From IMG/VR virus record IMGVR_UViG_3300003323_000950, positions 1 to 64,000 of that record: a DNA stretch of 64,000 nt; one strand, given 5' to 3'. The position numbers were made by a program, and so were the translations under genes. This document shows positions 26,432 to 36,040 of the stretch, one piece after another. Each line of letters starts with the position of its first letter. The stretch's first letter is position 1. Origin of the DNA: a virus. The notes beneath the pieces are model-generated. The model saw only the letters and a program-made list of their open reading frames with translations. It had not been told where the DNA came from and searched no databases.

Positions 26432-27001
26432 TTACGCCATGTATTGTTCAAATACGGAAATGAATTGCTCTTTGGCTTCCATAGGGTCCATGCCCCAGGG
26501 CGCTTTTTTGAGCGGGTGGCTGGCGGGAAGCGTTTTCCGGCCATCTCCGGTAACAAATGAACGCTCCAGCTTGTAAACATCCTTGTCCGCTTCTTTGATA
26601 TGATCGTGAAGTGCGGTTAACTGGCTAAATCGCAAGCCAAAAGCTTGCATAATAGCCCAATCCGCCTTATCACATATACCGGAATAAACAGTGTTGACCT
26701 TGTTTTCCTGGCCGCTGTTGAACATCAGGAACCGTTTTAATGGTGAAGTGAGGTCCTGGTAATAGGCTTCGTGGGCATCATGTAGCAGGAAATACGCCGC
26801 ATACATCTTGCTTGGGGACAGCATGGACACGTAGATGCTGTGCTCTGCAACTGAGTAGAACTTATTGACGTGGCCGGCGTATCGGCACTGGTGCGCCAGC
26901 GAATGCGCGATGTCTTCAATGTTTATTTTTTCAACCGGCGGACCTTCCTGCAGGTTGATCATATGACCTGTGTAGGTCCTGATCAAGAAATCTGAATCCA
27001 T
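26432..27001 (-). CDS. HD-domain phosphohydrolase (YfbR/YfdR-like 5'-deoxynucleotidase)
   Basis: IEDIAHSLAHQCRYAGH...YSVAEHS...LLHDAHEAY.QD...IKEAD. Confidence 0.9.
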   Translation of the reverse strand: MDSDFLIRTYTGHMINLQEGPPVEKINIEDIAHSLAHQCRYAGHVNKFYSVAEHSIYVSMLSPSKMYAAYFLLHDAHEAYYQDLTSPLKRFLMFNSGQENKVNTVYSGICDKADWAIMQAFGLRFSQLTALHDHIKEADKDVYKLERSFVTGDGRKTLPASHPLKKAPWGMDPMEAKEQFISVFEQYMA

Positions 27002-27033
27002 AAAAGTTGTGATTTAAGTCTGATTTGTGATAA

Positions 27034-27064
27034 CAAATGTAACTTGAAATTACATAAACACAAA
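27034..27064 (-). promoter_or_regulatory. Consensus promoter with operator heading the recombination/replication block
   Basis: TTTG-N19-TACATTTG; TGTAAC-TTGAA-ATTACA. Confidence 0.8.
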
Positions 27065-27093
27065 TATTTTTCGTAGAATTGCTAACACAAAAC

Positions 27094-27122
27094 AAAAAGG
27101 GCCAGCGTTAGCCGACCCTTTT
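27094..27122 (-). terminator. Intrinsic terminator ending tail-gene transcription
   Basis: GGGTCGGC-TAAC-GCTGGCCC-TTTTT. Confidence 0.7.
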
Positions 27123-27193
27123 ACCCCAAACTTCTTAGTAATACTTAGATGTGCGAAGAAAAGTCTTACCGGTACAAATATAACATTACAACT

Positions 27194-27634
27194 ATGAAAA
27201 CATCAATCATCCTCACTCTTCTCATTATCACTCTCGGCAGCTGTATGTATTCTGGTATGGATGATGATTATACCAGTATAGATCCAAAACTGCGGCCATA
27301 TTTGAAACTATTTATTAAAGAAGCTTCAAGTCGAGGAATCTATGTTGATACCGTCAATTTGAAATTGGTTTTTGGGAAAAGTGGAAAAGAGGGAGTGACA
27401 TACTACGATACCAAAACAATAATTATTGATAGCACATCTTATTCATGGAAACATCTTCCGGAATGCCTACTCATGCATGAGTTCGGACACCTTTTTTTAT
27501 ATAGAAAACATGATGACCGACTATTGCAAAATGGCCTACCGAAATCGTTAATGACATCGAAGGCTATTCCGATTTTATATATTGAAAATAATATGGGTTA
27601 TTATTTTGATGAATTATTTACACTTCATAAGTAA
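27194..27634 (+). CDS. Lipoprotein with metzincin-like zinc motif (moron, opposite strand)
   Basis: Lipobox TLGSC; HEFGHLFLYRKH with downstream SLM (Met-turn-like); AT-rich. Confidence 0.7.
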   Translation: MKTSIILTLLIITLGSCMYSGMDDDYTSIDPKLRPYLKLFIKEASSRGIYVDTVNLKLVFGKSGKEGVTYYDTKTIIIDSTSYSWKHLPECLLMHEFGHLFLYRKHDDRLLQNGLPKSLMTSKAIPILYIENNMGYYFDELFTLHK

Positions 27635-28763
27635 TGTACACGGTTCCTCTATCTATAGAAGTCGAACTAAATATTGATGCATCGAATTGATTGCCGCCAT
27701 GTATAATTTTTAAACCGATGGTGCTGGGTGTTAATTCATATAGTCCCGCAGTTGTAGCGCTGGAATTTTCCCTGCCTCCAATCAAACTATATCTTCTATC
27801 CTGAGCATCGTTAAATACCATTACATCTACAGCGATAACCTTGTTCCAGGAAGCACCAAGTCCATGAGTTATAACTTTGTCGGCACCTTGCATATTCCAA
27901 ACGCCGATCGGAATTTTCTTAACTACTTTCCTAACGTTGTCATCAGATGATGTAGATACAATAACGTTAAGACTTGGCAATTTGAGTAAATCTGCGGCAG
28001 CAACTGTAGACGATATAAGCTTACCAGTACCATTTGATATAACAGCCCTATCAGGAATCAAATTACTTGTTAAAACAGTTGTTATTGCTCCTGTTATAAT
28101 ATCCTGTTTGGTGCCTAAAGCAGTATTTAAACTATTTATTTGTCCCTGAACATTACCGGTAAGCCCTGAAAGGTTTGATGTCAGCGATGGAGATGTTGTT
28201 AGATTTCCGTCAGTATCCGTTACAGCAATTTCATTTGCTGCAAAATTTATCAGCCCAAATTCCTTTCTGCCAGCCCTTGTATATGTAACTCCGGTGTCAT
28301 CCAGCGCTGTCGCAGCAGCTGGCATATAGAGGTACCCCAGTATAATTTGTTTGTTTGGATCGGTGAGCGCCGGAGCTACCGGGCTCGCGGCTGGTGTACC
28401 TTGGATGATCGAGTACAGCGCCTGCTGACCGCCGACAACAAGGACGTATTGATGTTCAGCAATGACTATATCAATGCGCGGATTGATTCCGTTACCTGGT
28501 GCTATGGAACCTATCGTCAGGGAGTCATCCTGCTTTATTACGATCCCCTGTTTTGTTATAAAGCATCCCATCTTCGCAGATGCTTCACCATCCTTATCAA
28601 CATCGGTAAACCCTGTTGTTTGGTGGTTTAATTGAAGGTTCAGGTCAGAAGCCGGAACAAAATCAAATCCGTGATAAAGCCCCCATGGTATTATTCCAGT
28701 AAAGCAGCGATTGAAAAGTGCAGTTGCATCATCGTCTTTGTAGTTCCATCTTCTGTCTTGCAT
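27618..28763 (-). CDS. Tail fibre / baseplate-attached receptor-binding protein
   Basis: N-terminal NPRIDIVIA...IIQGTPAASPVAP...ILGYLYMPA baseplate-docking pattern; beta-rich C-terminus. Confidence 0.7.
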   Translation of the reverse strand: MQDRRWNYKDDDATALFNRCFTGIIPWGLYHGFDFVPASDLNLQLNHQTTGFTDVDKDGEASAKMGCFITKQGIVIKQDDSLTIGSIAPGNGINPRIDIVIAEHQYVLVVGGQQALYSIIQGTPAASPVAPALTDPNKQIILGYLYMPAAATALDDTGVTYTRAGRKEFGLINFAANEIAVTDTDGNLTTSPSLTSNLSGLTGNVQGQINSLNTALGTKQDIITGAITTVLTSNLIPDRAVISNGTGKLISSTVAAADLLKLPSLNVIVSTSSDDNVRKVVKKIPIGVWNMQGADKVITHGLGASWNKVIAVDVMVFNDAQDRRYSLIGGRENSSATTAGLYELTPSTIGLKIIHGGNQFDASIFSSTSIDRGTVYITYEV

Positions 28764-28806
28764 GACTTTTTATTTATAATGTAAAAATAAATGTTGCCGA
28801 GTTTAA

Positions 28807-31800
28807 TTAATGTCCGCCTTTATAAATTCTGCCTATTTCCTTGATAAGGTCACCTGTTGCAGTGCCCTGGCCTGTAACTTTCAGTATCTGAGAACTTGCC
28901 GTTGATATACTGCTTGTATTATAGCTTATTGTTGAAACAAGAACGGAAGAAGAAGTCTGCAAAACCACGATACATTTTTGGGAGTTAGTGCCAAGGCAGC
29001 AAATAAGAACGCTTAATCTCCAGGTGTTTATTGTATTTATGGATAGGGCCCCTGAATCGAATATGGTAGTGCCTCCCCATTTTACTCGCAATGTTTTGGC
29101 GTTAACGGTAGCTGCGAAAGTTCCCGCTGATATAAGCTCCAACGAATCTGCCAATATTCCTATCGTTCCAGATCCTATCGTATACGAATATAAATCTGTT
29201 TCAGTTGATCCGGAGTTGTTAACCGTACTCAGATCTGTATTAAGATGGGTATATGAATTTGTTATACCAAAACCTTCCATCGTGGTTGGCTTGTTCAACA
29301 ATGTCTGATATGCCAAAGAACCTGTTATTACGACAGTTGTGGTAGATGTATACCTAACAACCACTGTTTCGCCAGGCTGTATTGATGTTAAACCAGTTAT
29401 TGATGCTCCGTTGTTAGCAAACGTCCATGATGCAGCACCAATATTTACTACAGTTATATAACTATCAATTACCAACGTAGGTATCTGAAGAACTGGAGAC
29501 CCTGACGGTGCATTCAAATACAATACGCACTCACTGTCATTTTGAATTAGCGTATCCCCTGTAGTAACTGTTCGGTTAGCTCTCAATTTTAACCTTAGCA
29601 CGTCTGGCCTTATTGCCAGGGCGGCCGATGAACTACCCGTCTGGGTACCAGCCAGTGCTTCTGTCGATGTCGCTATTTCCACCATACCTTTATCAGCCTG
29701 CGAAGCGGATACAGCGACAGCGGCCAGTCCGTTAAATACCGCCTGGGATGTCGGATATGTGGTATTGTTAGGTGAAGTGAAATCTGTTACCCTGTTCGAT
29801 ATCGACTCGTAATTGTTTGATCCGCCAACCTGTATAATTGCAATCGATGATGTCTTGAAATATATCAGCGCTGTACTCGGTCCTGCTATAAGGCTTGTTG
29901 ATCCAACAATTGTTACACCGCTGCCGGTAAAGTTTATGCCTCCAGTACCCAAATTCAAAATTGAAACAAAACCATTCGCAGGAATTGTGTTTACTGTACA
30001 AGCAACCGTCGATGCCGAATCTACAACAATCGTATACTGATCATCGGCGCTGGTTATGCTAAACGATGTTGCTGATACATCCCTGCGTACGGCAACCTTC
30101 GTTTTTAACTTCAGCGGCGTTATTATTCTTAAATCATCAGTACCTGCATTCGCCTCTGCTTGCGTCGCGAGCTCGGCAATACCTGCAACCGTTTCAGTAG
30201 CCTGGGAAGAACTGGAACCGGTAACATTTCCGCCGATTATGACTACTATGGTCGACGTTTTGAAATACAACAGCGCCGATCCGACACCGCCCGCCAAACT
30301 GGTAACGCCTTGTATGGTAACACCCGATCCCGTGAAGTTGATACCTCCGGCGCCTACATTGACAATTGTTACGAACCCGTTCGCGGGGATTGTATTCACT
30401 GTACAGGTTACTGTGGACGCTGACTCGACGATAACGTTCACCTGATCATCAGCGCTGGTTACTGAGAAATTGGCCGTGACATCCCTTCTGGCGGATATCT
30501 TCGACTTAACCTTCAAAGGTGTAACAATCCTTAAATCGTCGGTACCGGTATTGGTTTCTGCCTGGGTAGCCAGTTCGGCGCCGCCTACAGCCGTTTCAGT
30601 TGCCTGCGGGATATTTGCCGGCAGAAGCTTCGAAGAAGAATCAAGCGCCGGGTATCCGCTTGCCTGCCCCTTGTTAGCCGCGTTCTCTGGAACAAATCCG
30701 ATGTTGTTCTGAATTATCGACCAGTTTGCCTGAGTATTGCCAGGTGTATCAATAAGCGCGCGGACTATGTCGCCCACTTCAACCACTTGCCCGGTGGGTA
30801 AGGTGCCAGCAACGGAAATAGTCCAGATGTCACCTTTTAAAATGGCACCAGCTGTTCCGGATCCGCCAGTGCTGGGGTAAGCTCCACCCGCAGCGCTGAA
30901 ATTCCCGCGATCATCCCATATGCCCACCACAAGCGCATCAGCATACGTTTTTACCGCCTGCACGGTCGGGTAAAGCGTATCATTTACCGTCGAGAAGTTT
31001 GTTGCCTTATTGGCGATAAGCTCACGGGCAGACAGCGCCGAGTTAAGATCCGTTTGGGAAGCAAGTGTTCCCGTGATACTTCCCCATGTGGCGGATCCTG
31101 GCGCGCTGGTTCCGCTGGCCTGAATGACGCATATAGCCCCTGTTTTGAAGTACAAGAATGCTGATCCAATGCCGCCGTTCATAGACGATACACCCTGAAG
31201 GGTCATTCCAGATCCAGCTACAAAAGAAATTCCACCCGCGCCGAGGTTTATAATAGATGTAAATCCGTTGGCTGGAATTGTATTTACCGTACAGGTGACG
31301 CCCGTGGCAGATTCTAAAACAATGGTCACCTGATCATCCGCGGATGTAACCGAGAAATTTGCTGTCACATCCCTGCGCTTGGCAATCTTGGTTTTAAGCT
31401 TTAGCGGCGTTACCACAGTGAGGTCGTCGGTGCCGGCATCCGTTTCTGCCTGCGTGGCGAGCTCAACCTTGCCTTTTACAGTCTCGGATGCATCAGGCGT
31501 CGTAGATCCAGAAGACGCCGCATTGATGGCCCAGTTGCCCGCCGTCTGCCCGGGCGTATCAGCAAGCGCCCGCACGGTGTCGCCGGGAGATACCGCCGTA
31601 CCGCCTAAAGTTCCGGCTACCGTTATTGTCCAGATGTCACCCTTCAAGACTGCGCCAGCGGATCCCGAGCCACCCGTAGCCGGGAACAAGTTTGTCGATG
31701 CGTTGTAGTTACCGCGATCATCGTAAAGACCGGTTACGGCGTTTTGTATGGCCGTATTCCGATTCGTTACCTCGGTGGCTATGGCATTATTTATAGCGGT

Positions 31801-32442
31801 ACTTTGCGCCGTCGATACCGGTTTATTGGCATCCGATGTATTGTCAACATTTCCGAGACCAACATCAGATTTTGTAAGCGCCAGGTCTGTTTTTACCTGG
31901 GCAGGCGTGCGATTGGACCATGCGCCGGATTTACGCTGCATGAAGTCATCATTAGCTGGAGTGAGCGCAGAAATAGCTGTAAGATCAGTATCCAATGGCT
32001 GTTTGCCATTCAAAGCCGAGGATAAGTCTGTTTGGTCTGTAATTGTTCCGCCAATCGATCCCCAGCTTGCGCTTCCGCCAGTTGCCCCGGCTACCCATCC
32101 ATCCTGCGCATCCCAGATATATTGTTGAGCATCGGAAGAACCGCCTGCATCAACTATTGCATAATCCCCTATGCTACCTGTTGGAACACCAGCCTGTAAA
32201 TTCGCAAGACTTGTAAAGTATCCTCTAAAATGTGTAGGCGCCAGATACGACGGATCGATTTGCCCTGACGAATTCAATGGCGCGACACCGTTAACAGCAC
32301 CTTTCTGATTATTATTAATCTTGCTGTCGATCAAGTTTTCGAGCATCGTACCGACGCGCGTCGCGGTGTTTGCTTCCGGTAGCGTTTCGGTCTTTATTAT
32401 TTCCTTTTCTGAACTTAATTGCGCATCTGATCTCTGTGCCAT
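28807..32442 (-). CDS. Long modular tail fibre
   Basis: ELATQAET..GTDD...TPLK repeats, DDRGN..GDIWTI modules, WGSI.GT..QTDL; start at ATG 32442. Confidence 0.8.
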   Translation of the reverse strand: MAQRSDAQLSSEKEIIKTETLPEANTATRVGTMLENLIDSKINNNQKGAVNGVAPLNSSGQIDPSYLAPTHFRGYFTSLANLQAGVPTGSIGDYAIVDAGGSSDAQQYIWDAQDGWVAGATGGSASWGSIGGTITDQTDLSSALNGKQPLDTDLTAISALTPANDDFMQRKSGAWSNRTPAQVKTDLALTKSDVGLGNVDNTSDANKPVSTAQSTAINNAIATEVTNRNTAIQNAVTGLYDDRGNYNASTNLFPATGGSGSAGAVLKGDIWTITVAGTLGGTAVSPGDTVRALADTPGQTAGNWAINAASSGSTTPDASETVKGKVELATQAETDAGTDDLTVVTPLKLKTKIAKRRDVTANFSVTSADDQVTIVLESATGVTCTVNTIPANGFTSIINLGAGGISFVAGSGMTLQGVSSMNGGIGSAFLYFKTGAICVIQASGTSAPGSATWGSITGTLASQTDLNSALSARELIANKATNFSTVNDTLYPTVQAVKTYADALVVGIWDDRGNFSAAGGAYPSTGGSGTAGAILKGDIWTISVAGTLPTGQVVEVGDIVRALIDTPGNTQANWSIIQNNIGFVPENAANKGQASGYPALDSSSKLLPANIPQATETAVGGAELATQAETNTGTDDLRIVTPLKVKSKISARRDVTANFSVTSADDQVNVIVESASTVTCTVNTIPANGFVTIVNVGAGGINFTGSGVTIQGVTSLAGGVGSALLYFKTSTIVVIIGGNVTGSSSSQATETVAGIAELATQAEANAGTDDLRIITPLKLKTKVAVRRDVSATSFSITSADDQYTIVVDSASTVACTVNTIPANGFVSILNLGTGGINFTGSGVTIVGSTSLIAGPSTALIYFKTSSIAIIQVGGSNNYESISNRVTDFTSPNNTTYPTSQAVFNGLAAVAVSASQADKGMVEIATSTEALAGTQTGSSSAALAIRPDVLRLKLRANRTVTTGDTLIQNDSECVLYLNAPSGSPVLQIPTLVIDSYITVVNIGAASWTFANNGASITGLTSIQPGETVVVRYTSTTTVVITGSLAYQTLLNKPTTMEGFGITNSYTHLNTDLSTVNNSGSTETDLYSYTIGSGTIGILADSLELISAGTFAATVNAKTLRVKWGGTTIFDSGALSINTINTWRLSVLICCLGTNSQKCIVVLQTSSSVLVSTISYNTSSISTASSQILKVTGQGTATGDLIKEIGRIYKGGH

Positions 32443-32443
32443 G

Positions 32444-33085
32444 TTAATTGAATGTTGTGTCGAATGTTGAATCGAATATTCCTTCAGGGCTGCCAGGTGT
32501 AAGTGGATTACCATTATAGGTGATCTGCACTACCTCAGCATTAATTGGATTGTTAAAATCTACAATTTTATATATAGCTGATATAACGTCATCGTTTATC
32601 GAAATCGAACCGGAAAGAACAAGATTGTATTTTATGCATCCACATCCATTGTTACTGTCCAGCGTTCTGTTTGGATCATCCAGCGGACCTGAATCAAGCG
32701 TTCCAGTACCCGAAAGCAAGTCGATGATAACTGAGGTGATCCCTATCATGTTGAACAATACAATGTAGCCTCTCAGTGTTCCTTTAATATCGTAAAGGCG
32801 CTGGGCAAACCTGAGTATCTTCCTTCTGAGGTTGTCATTATTCAGCGGGACCACTATTCCACCGAGATTGTATTCAGCCAGCGGAATAATATTCGATTTC
32901 ATGGTTGCCGGAACAATTATATTATTCAGCAGATTATCAATCAAGTCGCTCACATCGTCGTCGTATTCCCATCCCAAAGATTCCTGATAGCGCTCCTTTA
33001 CGCCTTTACCATTGACATCCTTGTAGGTGTCTTGGCGTTTGGCGTATACGCCGAAGAACTTGAATATTCTATAACGCAGCTGCAT
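32444..33085 (-). CDS. Baseplate wedge protein (P2 gpI-like)
   Basis: RRKILRFAQRLYDIKGTLRG; follows the gpJ-like gene. Confidence 0.8.
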   Translation of the reverse strand: MQLRYRIFKFFGVYAKRQDTYKDVNGKGVKERYQESLGWEYDDDVSDLIDNLLNNIIVPATMKSNIIPLAEYNLGGIVVPLNNDNLRRKILRFAQRLYDIKGTLRGYIVLFNMIGITSVIIDLLSGTGTLDSGPLDDPNRTLDSNNGCGCIKYNLVLSGSISINDDVISAIYKIVDFNNPINAEVVQITYNGNPLTPGSPEGIFDSTFDTTFN

Positions 33086-34749
33086 TACACACCCCCTGTT
33101 ACGTTTACAGTTATATCGGAAATATTTATTGATGGTATCGACTGCTCCACCAACTGCAGCACGTTTTTGTTGTATGGATACGTGTAAAACTCGTAGTTGT
33201 CACCTGATACGTGGTTGCCGTTGATCTGAAACTCGATCTCAGGATAGCTGTGTAATGTGTTAACCGTAAACTGCCCGAGGAATACACCGCTTTTATACAA
33301 CTCATAGTTCGAAACCGTCAAAAATCGGATCAGCCATTTGATTGTAAATGCGCTTCCTGGTAACTGCGTTCTTGTCCAGTTTAGGACATTCGTCGGTGTC
33401 ACGAGGTTCTTGGCGTACGGACGTATCGAAATTATTGTAATGTCCGAATAACTCACGCCCGATACGGCTTCGATAACCTCGTACAGATTACCAACGACTA
33501 TTATTCCACCTATAGCCTGATTCTCCGGCTCAAATAAATCAACCAGTGCATCTTTTACATCCGATGCGACCACCGAGTTTGAAAAACCTGGATAGGCGAC
33601 AACATTTATGGTTAAAATGATGTCTATAACGCCTGCGCGCTCAGCTTTCACCTTCAGTGAAAGAATCTTGCGTTCATCTATGAATACCTGGACTGCGGAA
33701 ATAAGTGTAGGTGTGGCGACACCGCCTCCTTCCGGTACAATATACACGTGTACTATATCGTCAGTATCGCAGTTGAAGGATACGCCCGCGCGCTCCACAC
33801 CGGCGACAAGCTCTGCCAGATCAATGAAATCAGGCTTTGTCACGCCTCTGTACTTTGTTCTTATGGACAGCGGAATACGCTTTTGAAGCTTAGTGAGATC
33901 CTCGAAGGAGGCCGCACCGTTGGCGGAAGCGTCGTTGGTAACAGACAAAACCTCTGCCCCAGGTACAACAATCGTCGAGTTTATGGTGTTTATAAGGCCT
34001 GCACCGACCTGGCCATCTACGCCCAGCGTTACTTTATAATCAACGGTAATAGCCTGTCCGCTGGGAGGAATCTTTCCATTTACGTTATCGCTAAAGTAAA
34101 TGTACATTTTGGTATCCTCGTCTATGGCCTGCACAAAGTGCTCGCTGGCAGGAAGGCTGAACACAAATGTATCCTGCGCCTGCCACGCTATGGCGTTCAC
34201 ATATGCGATAACACTCATGTCGGCTACGTTCTCTTCCAAAGCGAAGACTTGATTTGGATTACCGTTGCTGGTGCCGAGTAGTACCCCGGTAACTTGATCC
34301 CATTGTTTTGACTCCACTTGTACTGACGTGGCTCCGGTTAATATTGTTCCCGAAGTAGTGGTCATATAGACGATGCCATCGTTTGTCTGCACGCGGGTAC
34401 CGATCGGTATTACAATGTTTCCAGTGGCGGGTATACTTGATGTAAACCGAAGTGTCGCGGTAGCAGGCGTTGCTCCTTTTACCCGGTAGTCATAAGACTT
34501 TGCTATTTTAACCGCAGAGGCAAATTCCTGAGCGGTCGATAAGAATCTTTCCCTGGCTGTGGCATCGATGTAATACCCGAGCATCTCAATCAGCGCTGCC
34601 CATATCGATATGCCTTTTACCCATGGGTTGGTTTCGGTATGATCCGTTATCTCTGGAACCAAGCTCTGGAACTTGGTCAAAACGTTCGCTTTTATCTGCT
34701 CGTAGGATCTGTCAAAATATCCTACCCATCCGGGATTCCTTAGTACCAT
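33085..34749 (-). CDS. Baseplate J / T4 gp6-like wedge protein
   Basis: DRSYEQIK...YYID...ERFLSTA...ATATLRF...RGVTKPDF. Confidence 0.9.
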   Translation of the reverse strand: MVLRNPGWVGYFDRSYEQIKANVLTKFQSLVPEITDHTETNPWVKGISIWAALIEMLGYYIDATARERFLSTAQEFASAVKIAKSYDYRVKGATPATATLRFTSSIPATGNIVIPIGTRVQTNDGIVYMTTTSGTILTGATSVQVESKQWDQVTGVLLGTSNGNPNQVFALEENVADMSVIAYVNAIAWQAQDTFVFSLPASEHFVQAIDEDTKMYIYFSDNVNGKIPPSGQAITVDYKVTLGVDGQVGAGLINTINSTIVVPGAEVLSVTNDASANGAASFEDLTKLQKRIPLSIRTKYRGVTKPDFIDLAELVAGVERAGVSFNCDTDDIVHVYIVPEGGGVATPTLISAVQVFIDERKILSLKVKAERAGVIDIILTINVVAYPGFSNSVVASDVKDALVDLFEPENQAIGGIIVVGNLYEVIEAVSGVSYSDITIISIRPYAKNLVTPTNVLNWTRTQLPGSAFTIKWLIRFLTVSNYELYKSGVFLGQFTVNTLHSYPEIEFQINGNHVSGDNYEFYTYPYNKNVLQLVEQSIPSINISDITVNVTGGV

Positions 34750-34750
34750 T

Positions 34751-35146
34751 TCAGTCTTTTAATTGTCTATAATACGGGAATATAAAACTGTCGATTTCAC
34801 TGGATTGTTTAATCCTATAGATTACCGTGCAATTGATGACTGACGGAGTATTGCCGAAATTATATTTTATATCAACGATCGCAATTCTTCTCTCCCACTT
34901 CTCGATGGCGTCTACAATGTAATAATCCAACATGCTGATAAGCACCAAGGTGTTGGGCTCGAATAATGCTTCCCGCAGGCGGCTCCCGTAATGCTCGCGC
35001 ATCAATTCTGAGCCAATCGGTTCATTGAAAAGGATTTCGAGAGATTGTTTTATCAGCGCTGAGTCATCAATCAGCGCAGGGCGGCCAAGGTTTGTAATTT
35101 GCGGCGGGAAGGCCTCTCCAACGCCTAAATATGGTCTATTAGCCAT
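34751..35146 (-). CDS. Baseplate gpW/gp25 family protein
   Basis: IKQSLEILFNEPIGSELMREHYGSRL...LFEP...WERRI. Confidence 0.9.
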   Translation of the reverse strand: MANRPYLGVGEAFPPQITNLGRPALIDDSALIKQSLEILFNEPIGSELMREHYGSRLREALFEPNTLVLISMLDYYIVDAIEKWERRIAIVDIKYNFGNTPSVINCTVIYRIKQSSEIDSFIFPYYRQLKD

Positions 35147-35165
35147 AGACCCAAATATACTGTAA

Positions 35166-35417
35166 TTAACTGATGCTTCCGTTCAAGAGTATAGGACTGG
35201 GATTTGATTGCGTGGTGGATGATCCGGTTACTACAATTGCAGCTGATGGAATCGTTATGGTTATCGTTTTGATGTATACATCCACAGCGTTCGCTATAGC
35301 CAGGCAATATTGATCGCGAATTTGGTTACTGTCGGCTTCTGGATTTTTTGCGGCGTCATAAGCCGAATCTAAAGCCTGCCGTATTGAATTGAAGAGGGTA
35401 GTTTTATCTGCTGGCAT
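35166..35417 (-). CDS. Small baseplate/spike-associated protein
   Basis: LAIANAVDVYIK pattern; between the spike and gp25 genes. Confidence 0.6.
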   Translation of the reverse strand: MPADKTTLFNSIRQALDSAYDAAKNPEADSNQIRDQYCLAIANAVDVYIKTITITIPSAAIVVTGSSTTQSNPSPILLNGSIS

Positions 35418-35419
35418 AT

Positions 35420-36040
35420 TTAACTCGTCTTTAAGAAATCAGTTATCGTATCGCGCATGGCGTTGTAGTCAGCTAAATTATTGAACGGTGCCGGGCCGCC
35501 AGTGGTGGGAACAGTGGTTGCCGCAAAAAGAGCGAAAAGATCATCGAGGAATTTACCAAGGTTAGCGCCGCTCTTCCCAAGGAATATTCCGTCCTGCGAG
35601 ATTTTCATTTCAAAACCTCCTGCATGTTTTATGTTGATGAAGTTTTCAGAATCAGCGTCATTGAGCTCAATACGATGACCGGCTTTAGTCTGCAAAATCC
35701 TGGTAGAAGGATTGGCGCCAAGCGGCGCGCTGCCCCTGGTCCACCAGCCATACCCCCAATACGGGAATCTCGGGTCGCCGCCCTGGCAAGTAACGTAAAT
35801 GGGGTCGCCTATCTCAGGAATCCAGAATATACCGTGCCCGGCGCCGGCCACAGAAGAAGACGGGAACGCCCAATAATCCGGCAAGTCTTCACCATAAAGC
35901 GGCACGCACTTTATCTTAAGCCTGCCCATAGTCTCCGGATCCTGGTTATCAACAACCTCGCCCGGATAGAAGCTATAGAATCTCTTGAATCCCTCTATGC
36001 CTTCATCGCGCATCGTGGTTTTAAACTGCCCGTAATCCAT
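35420..36040 (-). CDS. Baseplate central spike (gpV/Gp5 OB-fold)
   Basis: YPGEVVDNQDPETMGRLKI...WA.P...GIFWIPEIGD...GGDPRFP. Confidence 0.9.
   Translation of the reverse strand: MDYGQFKTTMRDEGIEGFKRFYSFYPGEVVDNQDPETMGRLKIKCVPLYGEDLPDYWAFPSSSVAGAGHGIFWIPEIGDPIYVTCQGGDPRFPYWGYGWWTRGSAPLGANPSTRILQTKAGHRIELNDADSENFINIKHAGGFEMKISQDGIFLGKSGANLGKFLDDLFALFAATTVPTTGGPAPFNNLADYNAMRDTITDFLKTS

Noticed and set aside
26432-27001. DatZ of a Z-genome (2-aminoadenine) pathway
   Set aside because: Motifs fit the common YfbR/YfdR-like HD family; no purZ or polymerase in the window
27618-32442. Diversity-generating retroelement or invertase-shuffled fibre locus
   Set aside because: No reverse transcriptase or recombinase, and no adenine-specific TR/VR pair seen; repeats are ordinary in-frame module duplications
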